DNA from: Octopus sinensis
Taxonomy: Eukaryota
Length of the DNA stretch: 64,000 bases
Assembly: GCF_006345805.1 (NCBI RefSeq)
Contig: NC_043011.1
Span: forward strand, 60,834,464-60,898,463
Reading direction: 5' to 3'
Position numbers and translations under genes: made by a program. The notes beneath the pieces are model-generated. The model had not been told where the DNA came from, made no database searches, and worked only from the letters and a program-made list of their open reading frames with translations. Shown piece after piece: positions 12,361 to 23,417 of this stretch; position 1 is the first letter of the stretch; each line of letters starts with the position of its first letter.

Positions 12361-13894
12361 AAATAATATATATATATATATATATTTACATAGAGAGAGA
12401 AAAAGTGAGAGGAGAAATTGAGATAGAGAGAGAGATAAAGAGAAAGAGAGAGAGAAGTAGAGAGAGAGAGCGGGAGAGAGAGAGAGAGCGGGAGAGAGAG
12501 AGAGAGCTATATTGTACTATGTTTACCATTATGGTCAGAAACACTCCAGTAACAGACATCTTGTCTTTGTATACAAGATGGCTGTTTCCTTCGTTTTGTA
12601 AGACTGGTAGAATCAGTAATTTCAGAGAGTACTACTTGGCTGCTATTTCTAGCAGGTTAGCACACGAGGCTGTCATATTTTACAAGATATAAGGAAGCGT
12701 ATTGTGAATGAGAGACGCGCAGGAAAGAATTAATGGACAATCGGTGCCGATCCGTTGACAGCTGGCTGATCTCACTTCCAGGCATCGCTGGATGGATTCC
12801 TCCGTCCATTAAAGGATCGTTTTCAATTAGAAGTTTGCATATTTCCGGAAATTGTCGCCAGTTGATGTAATTTTAACATTTACTGCTTCGTAGCAGAGTT
12901 GTGTGTATGTGCGTGTGTATTGGTGTGTGTATTGGTGTGTGGGTGTGTGTATGCGTGCGCTTGCATGTGCGTGGGCACTGCAGCGGATGCATCTATATCC
13001 TAGTGTTTCATGTTCCATTATATACGTGTGTGTGTGTGCGCGCGCTTGTTTCTGTGTGTGTGAGTGTGCGTATATAATGTGAAGACTTTGTGCGCATGAG
13101 TTATTTAGTTGCACACAAACACGCACAGCCCCCTCTCTCATTCTCTCTACAAATATCTACATACATACATACATACACACACATACATACATACACTCAT
13201 GCATACATACATACACGCATGCATACATACTTACACGCATGCATACATACATACATACATGAATGCATACATACACACATACATACATACATACATACAT
13301 ACTTACATACATACATACATACACATACAGAAACACATACATACATACACATATTTGTACCATAAGTTATTCGTATGAGTTTGATGTAGTGCATATAAGA
13401 GGTTTAATGTCTGGGCTAGACACACTCAGTCACACACACACACGCACGCACGCACGCACACACACGCACGCACACACTCACACACACACGTACTCTGTGT
13501 ATACTTTAAGCGCATGGCCGGATTTATGTGTTAAACGAAACAAACATGTGTTCAGGAAACCACAAAGTTTATTTTTGTTCTAATCCCGGATTTCGATCTC
13601 TGAAGTCAGCTCTGTTTCATGCTTACTCATTCATTAGGCCGAATCCGATTCCGGTTTCTATAGAATATAAGCGACTGAGAGTCCAATGTCCCCTGTTGGA
13701 TGGGACAGCAAGCTTTCACCAGATTAACCCTCCCCCTGCCACACACAAACACACACACACACACACACCTTTATTGTTGGCCCTTATTTACACTGGAGCA
13801 ACATCAAGTGAAATATTCTGCTCAAAAACATACTGTGCTAGCTTGTCTCAGAATCGAAACCGCGACCTTACTTTTGTGAGTTTAACATCCACAG

Positions 13895-14292
13895 GCACAG
13901 GAGTGGCTGTGTGGTAAGTAGCTTGCTTACCAACCACATGGTTCCGGGTTCATTCCCACTGCGTGGCACCTTGGGCAAGTGTCTTCTTCTATAGCCTTGA
14001 GCTGACTAAGCCTTGTAAGTGGATTTGGTAGACAGAAACTGAAAGAAGCCCGTCGTATATATACATATATGTATGTGTGTGTATATATTTGTGTGTCTGT
14101 GTTTGTCCCCCACCAACAAAACATGACAACCGATGCTGGTGTGTTTGCGTCCCCGTAACATAGTGTTTCGGCAAAATAGACCGATATAATAAGTACTAGA
14201 CTTACAAAGAATGAGCCCTGGAGTTGACATGCTCGACTAAAGGCGGTGCTCCAGCATGGCTACAGTCAAATGACTGAAACAAGTAAAAGAGT
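13895..14292 (+). mobile_element. SINE family A, full length
   Basis: ggcacaggagtggctgtgtggtaagtagcttgcttaccaaccacatggttccgggttcattccc, central (TA)(TG), complete 3' half. Confidence 0.92.
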
Positions 14293-14649
14293 ATCCAAGC
14301 CACCAATCCCACGAATCTTCATATCGTGTTGGATTTGCTTTGGTACAAATTCTAATTATAAACGGTTTCTTTTTTCTTAATGAATAAATACTGTGAGCGA
14401 TTTTGCGTTTTATTCGTCACCCGAGTTATATGTAAATGATTCGTGTGTTGTACTTACGATTGTTTAGAGTTAAATAAATACAACGAAAAAGTGCTATACA
14501 GATAGCCGTCACTTCGGAGCGAGGTTTGGAAATAGACACTCTTGCGGCCCCCTCACTTTCTACCTAGCGGGACATCCTGGTTGTGATTGCTGGAAAGGGA
14601 GAGAGTGAGTGTGTGTGTGTGAGAAAGAGAGAGAGAGAGAGAGAAGGGG

Positions 14650-14815
14650 AGAGCTGAATTAGCAACCGGTTGGTACTCATTTGAGCTGAATAGATTGATG
14701 TAACGGGAAATGAAGTATCTTGCTCAAGGACACGGTCCAACACTCGATTCAGGGATTGAACTCATAATCCTGTGATCATGAACCGAACGGTGTAGCCATT
14801 AGTCTACACGTCTTC
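14650..14815 (-). mobile_element. SINE family D head and core
   Basis: Minus strand gagttcaatccc (B-box), gtgtccttgagcaagatacttcatttc. Confidence 0.7.
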
Positions 14816-14837
14816 GCTCAATTAAACAAAATAGCTA

Positions 14838-15140
14838 TACATTATTTACATTATTTACATTTGAAGCAAATTTGTCCTCATTTTGTTTGTTGTTAACACA
14901 ACGTTTCAGCTGATATACCCTCCAGCCTTCATCAGGTGTCTTCGGGAAATTTCGAACCTGGATTCTCATTTCTAAGGTATTTTTCGATGTTATTATTATT
15001 ATTATTGTTATTGTTCAAGCCACTGCTTGGAATCGAATTCGGAATCTTGGGATTAGTAGCCCGTGCTCTTAACCACTACGCCATATGCCCGTCAAATGTA
15101 AATAATGTAAATGTACAAAATTCCTCATCTCTTCAATAAA
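14838..15140 (-). mobile_element. tRNA-headed SINE carrying a hammerhead ribozyme, with an inverted copy of its tail upstream of the head
   Basis: Head 15090-15020 with A-box TGGCGTAGTGG and B-box GAATTCGATTCC; (AAT)n; hammerhead at 14895-14940; 20-bp tail 14845-14864 inverted at 15092-15111. Confidence 0.75.
14895..14940 (-). ncRNA. Minimal type I hammerhead ribozyme motif
   Basis: GACAC-CTGATGA-A-GGCTG(GAGGGTATAT)CAGCT-GAA-ACGT-T-GTGTT: 5-bp stem I, 5-bp stem II, palindromic ACGT stem III. Confidence 0.7.
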
Positions 15141-16539
15141 GAACTGCAAAATAGCTATTGTCAATATATTTGGGGTAGGAACTGGCCTGGGTGGTAGCGG
15201 GTGGATAAAATCTAAGAAAATTGAATAATTGAATATTTAATCTACCATTTTCTCATTCAGTCCTTAATTCATCAGTTAGATAATAGTAGGGTCGAGGGGA
15301 ACCATTGTTGAGCTGAACTAAGGGATTCATTTAGTCTCCTTACTGTCCTACTTTTGGGTGCATTGAAGGGTCGGTATTACCCTGTAGTATATATATCTGC
15401 TGTTTTGAATGTAGTAGAGTGCTACCCATAGGCCCAGACGCAGGACACGACAGGAAATAATCTGGCGAATGATTAATTGCAACAGACAGATTGCTCTAAT
15501 TATAATCAAACATCGGGCGTTAGAATAATTAATGATTATCATTTGGATTTCGGTTTAACTAAACAAGGCATCGAGGTTCCGTAATCATGTTCAATAAAAC
15601 TTGCTTTGTTTACGATCAGATCAATCATGCAAACTGTGCTCTTCGCCCGTCTCGTTCAAACAGTCGACATCTAACTGTATATAGCATTCTCTCCCCAAGC
15701 TGAGAAATGCCGAAATGAATCGCTTGGTGAGCAGTGTAACGCTGTTGAGATTTTATAATCTCTCTTGAGTTACTCTAATATTATGCATCTGTTGATTATG
15801 ATGGTAGCTAATGTAGGGGAGAACAAATTAGAGGTGATCATAGGAAGATTACGGCCATTGTTGTTCCATGGCACATATCATGGCTAGTGTGCTTCAGTGC
15901 CATCCGTAGCTATAAAGGGTGCCACCAGGGGCAGCCTTAAAGTTTGCCACCCAAAGGTCTCTTGCCTCGTATGCAGGTTTACACAGCAGGCCCCAACGTG
16001 CCGCCTTCTTAAAACTGTCGCCTGTGACTGACCGTTCCCGTTGCTCTCCACTCTTAGCTACGCTGCTGCGTGCTTTCCAACACAGTGTTGGGGGCTGTTG
16101 AAGTTATTGGTGTTGCTGCGATGTCTATGTTCTTACGATGTTATACATATATCTGTATTAACTTTAAGTCCATATCGTATCAGGTTACAATAAAGATTGG
16201 AGCGTGCAGCAGCAGCAACCTCTCATGTTCAAAGCGTCCCGCTTTCGCTTCAAGTATTTTTGGTTCGTTCTCGAAGAATTCTCTTGCTTGTTGTCTTTGT
16301 GTGCATGCTGTGATGATTGGCAGAGCCATATTTTGCGTTTGTTAAAATCAAAGGCATTTCAAGTCCAGTCTTTTCGTCTCTTTGCATATCGATAATCTTC
16401 ATTATCACCTAACGTATCCTTTCTTTTTCAAGACGGTTGAATGACAGTTAAAGGAATTTGGCTGCTATTTCCAGTAGATTGAACAACCATGATGAGGTTT
16501 CATTGTCAGCTCGAGAGTTAATGCAATGCATTTTAGTAA

Positions 16540-16740
16540 GGCGACAAGCTGGCAAAATCGTTGGCGCACCTTACAAAGTACTTAGCGGCATTTCGTCAGT
16601 CTTCGTGGTTTGAGTTCAAATTCCACTGAGGTCGACTTTGCTTTTCATTCTTTCAGGGTCGAGAAACTAAGTACCAGTTGAGCCTTGGGGTCGACTAGTT
16701 TCTCCCCCATCCAAATTGCAGGTCTTGTGCTATTTGTTGA
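16540..16740 (+). mobile_element. SINE family C
   Basis: aggcgacaagctggcaaaatcgttggc...cttagcggcatttcg...gagttcaaattcc.ctgaggtcgactttgc...gtaccagttgagc. Confidence 0.85.
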
Positions 16741-16984
16741 ATGAAATATGGTATGGGATTAAAGAACACGAACAACAGCAAAACTAAGAGGGAGAAGAGA
16801 AGAATAAAAGGGGCTGAGAGGATAATAATAATAATTGAAAATATGTCAGACTTTCCAAATGTTTAGCATTTTAAGGACACGTGCGTATCTGGAGAGAGAA
16901 TAGATAAATTAAAAAAAGGATAAAACATACGAGTCTGCACATACACTGACTCTAATGCACACATACAAAGAAACATGCAAGAAA

Positions 16985-17075
16985 ACCTTGTTGGCGTTTG
17001 AAGTTGCAATGAAGGAGTCTTGGATTTAGGTTAGAAACCGACTCTTTCTTCATTAGCTAGAAATACATACAAACA
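16985..17075 (+). mobile_element. 3' UTR-only fragment of the R4/Dong-like family, followed by (CATA)n
   Basis: tgaagttgcaatgaaggagtcttggatttaggttagaaaccgactctttctt matches the 3' UTR of the 4879 and 11232 copies. Confidence 0.65.
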
Positions 17076-17139
17076 TTTATACATAAATACATGCGTATGT
17101 ACGTACATACATGCATACATACATACCTACATACATATA

Positions 17140-17424
17140 TATATCATGTGACCGACCAGACCATCAGATGTTGCTACACATCGCTGGTCACAATGCATTC
17201 GCATTGTTTTAGCCTTCGAACGACGCCACCCCGCTGGCTTGGCTAAACGAGCAGGCCAACAGAAGAAAGACAGAAAGAGTGGTGAAAGAGTACAGCAGGG
17301 GTCACCCCCCACTGCCGGATCCTCGTGGAGCTTTTAGGTGTTTTCGCTCAATAAACACACACAACGCCCGGTCTGGGAATCGAAACCGCGATCCGCTGCC
17401 CTAACCACTGGGCCGTTGCGCCTC

Positions 17425-17427
<3 letters not shown>
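17140..17427 (-). mobile_element. SINE family B head with alternative short tail
   Basis: Same head as the 9503 copy, but tail ttctgttggcctgctcg...gaaggctaaaacaatgcg...gatgtgtagcaacatctgat. Confidence 0.85.
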
Positions 17428-17458
<31 letters not shown>

Positions 17459-17557
17459 GGTAGGAAGAATTCACGAAAAAACAACGACAAAAGACGAAAA
17501 CTGGTAGTATAGAAAACAAACAGATGTATTAGTATAGCGCTCGGGAATTGAAAAAGT

Positions 17558-17593
17558 GTTTTACATTTCGAGCCTACGCTCTTCTACAGAAAG
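17558..17593 (-). ncRNA. Hammerhead-like motif with variant core CUGUAGAA
   Basis: CCTTT-CTGTAGA-A-GAGC(GTAG)GCTC-GAA-ATGT-A-AAA: perfect stem II. Confidence 0.5.
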
Positions 17594-17959
17594 GAGCACA
17601 GAAAGAAACAAGGGGAGGGAAAAATGTGTGTAGTGGCTACCGATCTATCATGGCGACTGATGTATGCATACGCATGAACCCAACTTTTTGTACCGTTCTT
17701 GTAACTCACAGTCTTTGTGTTTTCGCCCATGCTGCTGCCATCGTGGTAGTTGTTGTTGTTTCCATTGTTGTTAGTCTTGTTGTTGATATTGTTGCGGCCG
17801 TCTTTGAAGTCACCGCATGTGTGCTTGTGTATGTATATGGGTTCGCTTCCTATTTTATTTGGACCCATACCTTTATACAATTTTTTTTGTCTTTAATTTC
17901 TTCTTTTATATTTATCATAGGTATGTGCATATATGTCTATTGTATGTGTATTACGTTGT

Positions 17960-18471
17960 TTGTATCTGAGTTTTTTCTCACTTCAGTCTTTAGTCGTCAT
18001 GTTGTGTGGTGTGGTGGTGGGTTTTATTGTTCCATTCGTGTTTCCTGTTGAGGCTCGATATGTCTATTGCTATGTGTGTAGTTCCTGTGATCTAAGTGTT
18101 GTTTTAGTTCGATGCGTTGATAATACTTTGACCTCTATGCTATTGACTGAGCCTCTACGTTCTGCTTGAGCATGTTGATAGAGCACTGACGAACCTTTCT
18201 CTTCTTTGAGCTCTCGCCAGTCTTCACCTATGCGTTCTCTTATGTTGCGCGCTGTCTCGCCAAGGTGAGCAATTGTTATGCTTCTGCACCGTCCCTCAGT
18301 ACATCGTAAGTTATACACTATATTCCTAACCATACAGTTAACCTGTGGCTTTATCCTACATACAATACAATTATTCTCCGTACACAGGGACCCATCGAAG
18401 GGAGAAGTTCTACAAATCAGGGATTTTATAGTGACACCAGGCCTTTCTACCACTTTAATACGTAGATTGGC

Positions 18472-18475
<4 letters not shown>
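17960..18475 (-). pseudogene. GIY-YIG endonuclease domain of a Penelope-like retroelement (truncated, frameshifted)
   Basis: IVYNLRC and HLGETAR correspond to the GIY and YIG strands; Cys-rich upstream segment; conserved His and LN..EW end. Confidence 0.82.
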
Positions 18476-18514
<39 letters not shown>

Positions 18515-18777
18515 AGAAGAAATGAGGTACTCAGAAGATCGGATGGTTTATATTTACAGATATTTATTTGTATATTACATTTTTTATATATATCATATCA
18601 CTTAGATCATTAGCGCTTTCTGCCATTCTAGTGGGGTTTTCAAATCAAATGAAAACCCCACTAGAATGGGAGAAAGCGCTAATGATCTAAGTGATATGAT
18701 ATATATAAAAAATGTAATATACAAATAAATATCTGTAAATATAAACCATCCGATCTTCTGAGTACCTCATTTCTTCT
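18515..18777. repeat. Foldback inverted repeat, 127-bp arms
   Basis: 18515-18641 and 18651-18777 with one visible mismatch; loop aaatcaaat; next to (TA)n. Confidence 0.92.
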
Positions 18778-18810
18778 AATATATAATACCTGTACATCAT
18801 CTCCAAACCT

Positions 18811-18842
<32 letters not shown>

Positions 18843-18853
<11 letters not shown>

Positions 18854-19250
18854 TGAGAATGTGTGTCTGTCTGTCTGTGTGTTTCGCTAAAACTTGAGAA
18901 CTGCACAACCAATTTCATTAAAATTTTACACATGCCTTACCTAGGCTCAGGGGAACGTCATCAGCAAAAAATGCTTTAACTTTTTGCCTAGGGCGAGCCC
19001 ACAGCAATATCATATCTTCTCCACTACGATTCCCTAAAACTTGAGAACTACACAACCGATTTCATTCAAATTTTACACATGCCTTACTTAGGGTCCATGT
19101 AGTTTCATGGGCAAAAAAAAAAAAATGTTCAACTTCTTGCCTAGAGCGAGCCCATAGCAATATCATATCTTTTCCACTATTTCAGTATTATGTGTTAAAA
19201 GTGAAACAAAAACATTTCTCTATTTTATGTCAGATACTTTCACTTTAACA
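18843..19250 (+). mobile_element. Non-autonomous Helitron-like element (5' part) with approx. 147-bp internal tandem duplication
   Basis: atataaaactgagaatgtgtgtctgtctgtctgtg...aacc(a/g)atttcatt(a/c)aaattttacaca resembles Lep1-type Helitrons; unit ctaaaacttgagaact repeats at about 18886 and 19034. Confidence 0.65.
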
Positions 19251-19569
19251 ATAAAAATAATAATAACAATTGAATTATATGCAGTAAGTAATAATTAAAG
19301 TATAATATAATCGTAACATAACAAAAGTAAAAATAGTAATTGGTATAAAATTGCATCAATGACTTGAACAAGTGGTTTCACATGAATGGGAATAAATTAA
19401 AAATAAAATTAGCATGCAGAAATGGAGTAGTCCAGATGGATAATAAAAAATTAAATTAAAGAAAAGACTATTGTCTATAAAGTATACAATATAGAAAAAA
19501 AAGATTTGAACACCTGGAGGAAAGCACCATCGAAAAGTGTCTTGGTGCGACTATGAAAGATATCTAACC

Positions 19570-19733
19570 AGAGGCGGTAAATTCGCCGAGGTCGACTTTG
19601 CCTTTCATCCTTTCGGGGTCGATAAATTAAGTACCAGTTAAGCACTGGGGTCGATATAATCGACTTAATACCTATGTCTGTCCATGTTTGTCCCCTCTAT
19701 GTTCAGCCCCTTGTGGGTAATAAAGAAATAGGT
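19570..19733 (+). mobile_element. 5'-truncated SINE family C variant with L1/Tx1-like 3' tail
   Basis: Family C core followed by tgtcccctct...agccccttgtgggtaataaagaaata. Confidence 0.8.
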
Positions 19734-20167
19734 AAATTCGCTACAATAGAAGCAAGGTTCGAGTCAACAGAGCGTGCAAGGGAGTACTCGACTCGAACTT
19801 GCAAAGTGGAAATATTTTATTTTTACCTTTATATCTGGGACGTAGGACGTGCTGGATAAAAATTAAAAATGCCCCCCCACCTCCAGAAGGTAGGCTGGAT
19901 TGTAGCCACACTTCTATACAAGAGGGAGGACAAAATCCAATTGATCGAAATTGCAAGAGACTGGCTTACAATTCCAGTCTGTTATATATTTTGAGTATTG
20001 TTATCACTAGCGATATCAAGATATAACTTTGTATTTTGTGTTTTATGTGTAGATGTATATATATAGATGTACATGTAACATGTACACATATATATATACA
20101 CATATATACATGCACTAGCACTATGACCCGGCAACGACGGGTCATAATGCTAGTATATATATATATC

Positions 20168-20456
20168 ATGGTTATCAGATGTTGCTACACATCGCTGGTC
20201 ACAATGCGCTTCGCATTGTTTTAGCCTTCAAATGACGCCACCCCGCTGGCTAAGCGAGCAGACCAACAGAAGAAGGAGTGAGAAAAAGTTATGGCGAAAG
20301 AATACAGCAGGGATCGCCACCACCCCCTGCCAGAACCTCGTGGAGCTTTAGGTGTTTTCACCCAATAAACACTCACAACGCCCGGTCTGGGTATCGAAAC
20401 CGCGATCCTACAACCACGAGGCCGCTGCCCTAACCACTGGGCCATTGCGCCTCTCT

Positions 20457-20460
<4 letters not shown>
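20168..20460 (-). mobile_element. SINE family B head with alternative short tail
   Basis: Closely matches the 17140-17427 copy. Confidence 0.88.
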
Positions 20461-20494
<34 letters not shown>

Positions 20495-20519
20495 TTGAGT
20501 AGTTGAATGAATTATCTTG

Positions 20520-20978
20520 TTATGGATAATTCGGTTAACCGATACCTGGGTAGCAAATTCACATCAGAGAAGACACGTTGAAGTTACGTGCTTTCGTGTA
20601 GAAATTTGTATGTTTTTTTTAATATAAATATATGAAAGAATGGAGTTGAACGACGAATTAACAAAATTCCTTTATTTTCGACATATGTTTCGAAGGCTGC
20701 ATATTCCTAATTGCGAAGGAATAAGGAGTATATTATGCCGCTTTCTCATCAGGTAAAGCAAGGAACTTATGTCAACATCAAGATGCACAAAAAACTTTTA
20801 GATGACTGCTCACACGGAGCCTATAGTGAAAATGAGTGTCTCTTTAAAAAATTCCTTTATAAGGAGTGACGTCAAAATGGTTGGATGTAGAAGAATCTAG
20901 AAGGTTCTAAAGGTTCAAGGGTTCAAACGAAGTAGGAGAAGAGAGGCATGAACCCTTGAACCTTTAGAACCTTCTAGA
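20520..20978 (-). mobile_element. Penelope-like pLTR remnant with hammerhead and 30-bp inverted end
   Basis: Hammerhead at 20672-20763; perfect 30-bp inverted repeat 20896-20925 / 20949-20978; followed by (TA)n. Confidence 0.6.
20672..20763 (-). ncRNA. Type I hammerhead motif with long stem II
   Basis: CTGATGA-GAAAGCGGCAT...ATGCAGCCTTC-GAA-ACATATGT-C-GAAAATAAAGG; stem II 9/11 bp, palindromic stem III, GUC site, decayed stem I. Confidence 0.6.
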
Positions 20979-21015
20979 TTTCATATATTTATATATATAT
21001 ATATATATTATATAT

Positions 21016-21094
<79 letters not shown>

Positions 21095-21817
21095 AATTGC
21101 ACAAAAGGGAGACAAAGGAACACACGGAAAGAACAAACATGACATGGGACAAACTCCTTCTTCCTCAGTTAACGATTCAGAATCCTCACAATTTCGCGTG
21201 ATTTATACATGATTTTAAGTTCAATGAGTTTTATCGAGCCCTCGTATTAAGCGCGTTGGTGGAAAACTTAATTCTTTTAAACAACAAAATAGTTATCCAT
21301 ATTATTCCTCACACACAAGCGCACACACGCATGCAACAACAACACACACATACTTGAATCTGTCGGTTATGTTTACGAAATGAATCAGCCACTTGACTTG
21401 AAGAAATAAACAAAAATAGTCTGTGTGTTAAGCACTGTTTTTCCTGTTTGCACATCCAAAAGTGCGCGTGGGTGCAGGGATCTCTGTGAGAGCGCGTCTG
21501 ATTTTATGCGTCACTTCTGTTGTATATAAAGTGATTAAGTGAAAATTATTATTATTAATATTAGCTTTTGTGTATGTACAAATAACTGTATGTTTTCACA
21601 CATTTTCAGTTAACTTACAACATTTCGGGGTTGATGAAATCAAATACCAGTTAGATACTGGGGTCGATATAATCGATTTGATCCATTCCCTTAAAAACTT
21701 ACTGGCCTTGTGCCAAACTTTGAAAGAAATATTATTGCTATGTATTATATCATATTATTATTATTATTATTATCATTATTATTATTATTATTATTATTAG
21801 TAGTAGTAGTATCATAA

Positions 21818-22410
21818 GGGCTGCGATCTGGCAGAATTGTTAACACACGGACGAAATGCTTAGCAGTATTTCGTTTGTCTTTACGTTCTGAGTTCAAAAT
21901 CCACCGAGGTCAACATTGCCTTTCATCCTTTCGGGGTCGATAAATTAAGAACCAGTCAAGTACTGGGGTCGATGGGATCTTTTCGGTTTGAACGGCAGTT
22001 TTTTAAAAATAATTTCCACGTAACTAAACACTTTTAAACTTCGTATACTGGTAGAATGTGTTTATAAAGCATCTTTTTCTCTTGGCTTTATTGAGAAAAT
22101 TCTATAGTTTGTAAGATATTTGTTGTTGTTTTCTTCAATTTCTACAATTTCAACCAATCATTGACGGCTATTGAGGTGAAAACATTCTGTGCCGTATGAA
22201 TATGTCCCTCGTTTAAGAAACATTCCCTACACCCCTAACTAACCCTAAAAAAGATTGAAATGCAATAGATCGATACTAGGGTCATAATTATGGGTGACAA
22301 TTTCATATGACACCGCTAGAAAAACTGCCGTTCAAACCGAAAAAATCCGGTCGATGCAATCGACTATTCCCCCGCCCCACAAATTCCAGGCTTTGTGCCT
22401 ATAGTAGAAA
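21818..22410 (+). mobile_element. SINE family C interrupted by a MITE
   Basis: Head gggctgcgatctggcagaattgttaac; the core resumes as ggtcgatgcaatcgact after 22348. Confidence 0.85.
21975..22348. mobile_element. 374-bp MITE with GG-terminal 29-bp TIRs and 8-bp TSD (Merlin-like)
   Basis: TIRs GGAT(C/T)TTTTCGGTTTGAACGGCAGTTTTT; perfect TSD GGTCGATG at 21967-21974 and 22349-22356. Confidence 0.85.
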
Positions 22411-22489
22411 ATATTATTATTATTATTATTATCATCATCATCATCATCATCGTTCTTCTTCTTTTTATTCTTCTTACTTTTGTTGTTGT

Positions 22490-22672
22490 TAGCAGAATCG
22501 TTTACACGTCAGACAGAATGCACAGCGGCATTTCGCCCGCTTTTACATTCAGGTTTTAAAACTTGCTGAGATCGACGTTTGTCTTTTCTCCTTTAGAGGT
22601 CAATGTAATCGATTGACTAACCAACTATAATCCCTAAAATTGCTGGCATTGTGCCAAAATTTGAAAGAATTA
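22490..22672 (+). mobile_element. Degenerate SINE family C
   Basis: gcagaatcgtttacacg...gcggcatttcgcccg...ctggcattgtgccaaaatttgaaag. Confidence 0.65.
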
Positions 22673-23015
22673 TTATTACTATAACATGTTACCTATTAAA
22701 GAATAAAATACCGTATAGTTCTTCATCGTGCTGATCTCTTCTTGCTTTAAGTTCCCTCTCGGCAGAGCACCAGTTTTATGCTGAACCACTAATAAATCTA
22801 CAAATGTGATCACGACCACAGTTCATGCTTGGATTGACTATATATACACATATATATATATATACTGGAAACCTCTTAATGTGTTTCAATGTACACGATA
22901 TTTTTATGTGAATAATATATAGTCTATTGACTAATTTTTTTTGTGCTAGGCCACTGGTAATAATAATTTCTATAATTCTTATTACCCTAATATTATATAT
23001 ATATATATATATATC

Positions 23016-23417
23016 GTATTTTTTATTTTATTTTTAATTCCATTCCAATATTTATGTGAAGTCAGCTATCCTAGTTCAAATCCTACCAATCAACTCCTTA
23101 CCAACATAAAATACTATCTACTAATATTTACTTCATTCATTATAATATCATTTTCAATTACAGATTTTAAATTTTCAATTTACAGATTTTAGATTTAAAA
23201 AATCATCATTATCCTTACTATTGATTCGTAGTAAGGATAATGATGATAATTAAAATATTTTAAATCTAAAATCTGTAATTGAAAATGATATTATAATGAA
23301 TGAAGTAAATATTAGTAGATAGTATTTTATTTTGGTATGGAGTTAATTGGTAGGATTTGAACTAGGATAGCTAACTTCACATAAACATTGGAATGGAATT
23401 AAAAACAAAAAAAATAC
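23016..23417. repeat. Foldback inverted repeat, approx. 200-bp diverged arms
   Basis: Arms 23016-23220 and 23229-23417 around loop ttgattcg, with substitutions and indels; bounded by (TA)n and (TC)n(TA)n. Confidence 0.88.

Larger units (their letters stand above)
17450..18478 (-). mobile_element. Penelope-like element 3' part: GIY-YIG endonuclease remnant plus pLTR with hammerhead variant
   Basis: C..C...NC.VRNIVYNLRC...C....HLGETARNIRERIGE...S.LYQH, then frameshifted LNRKHEW; hammerhead-like motif at 17558-17593 on the same strand. Confidence 0.85.

Noticed and set aside
13895-13975. SINE heads as tRNA genes (also 9503, 15020, 32040 and others)
   Set aside because: They have A and B boxes but no complete cloverleaf, and they continue into repeat bodies.
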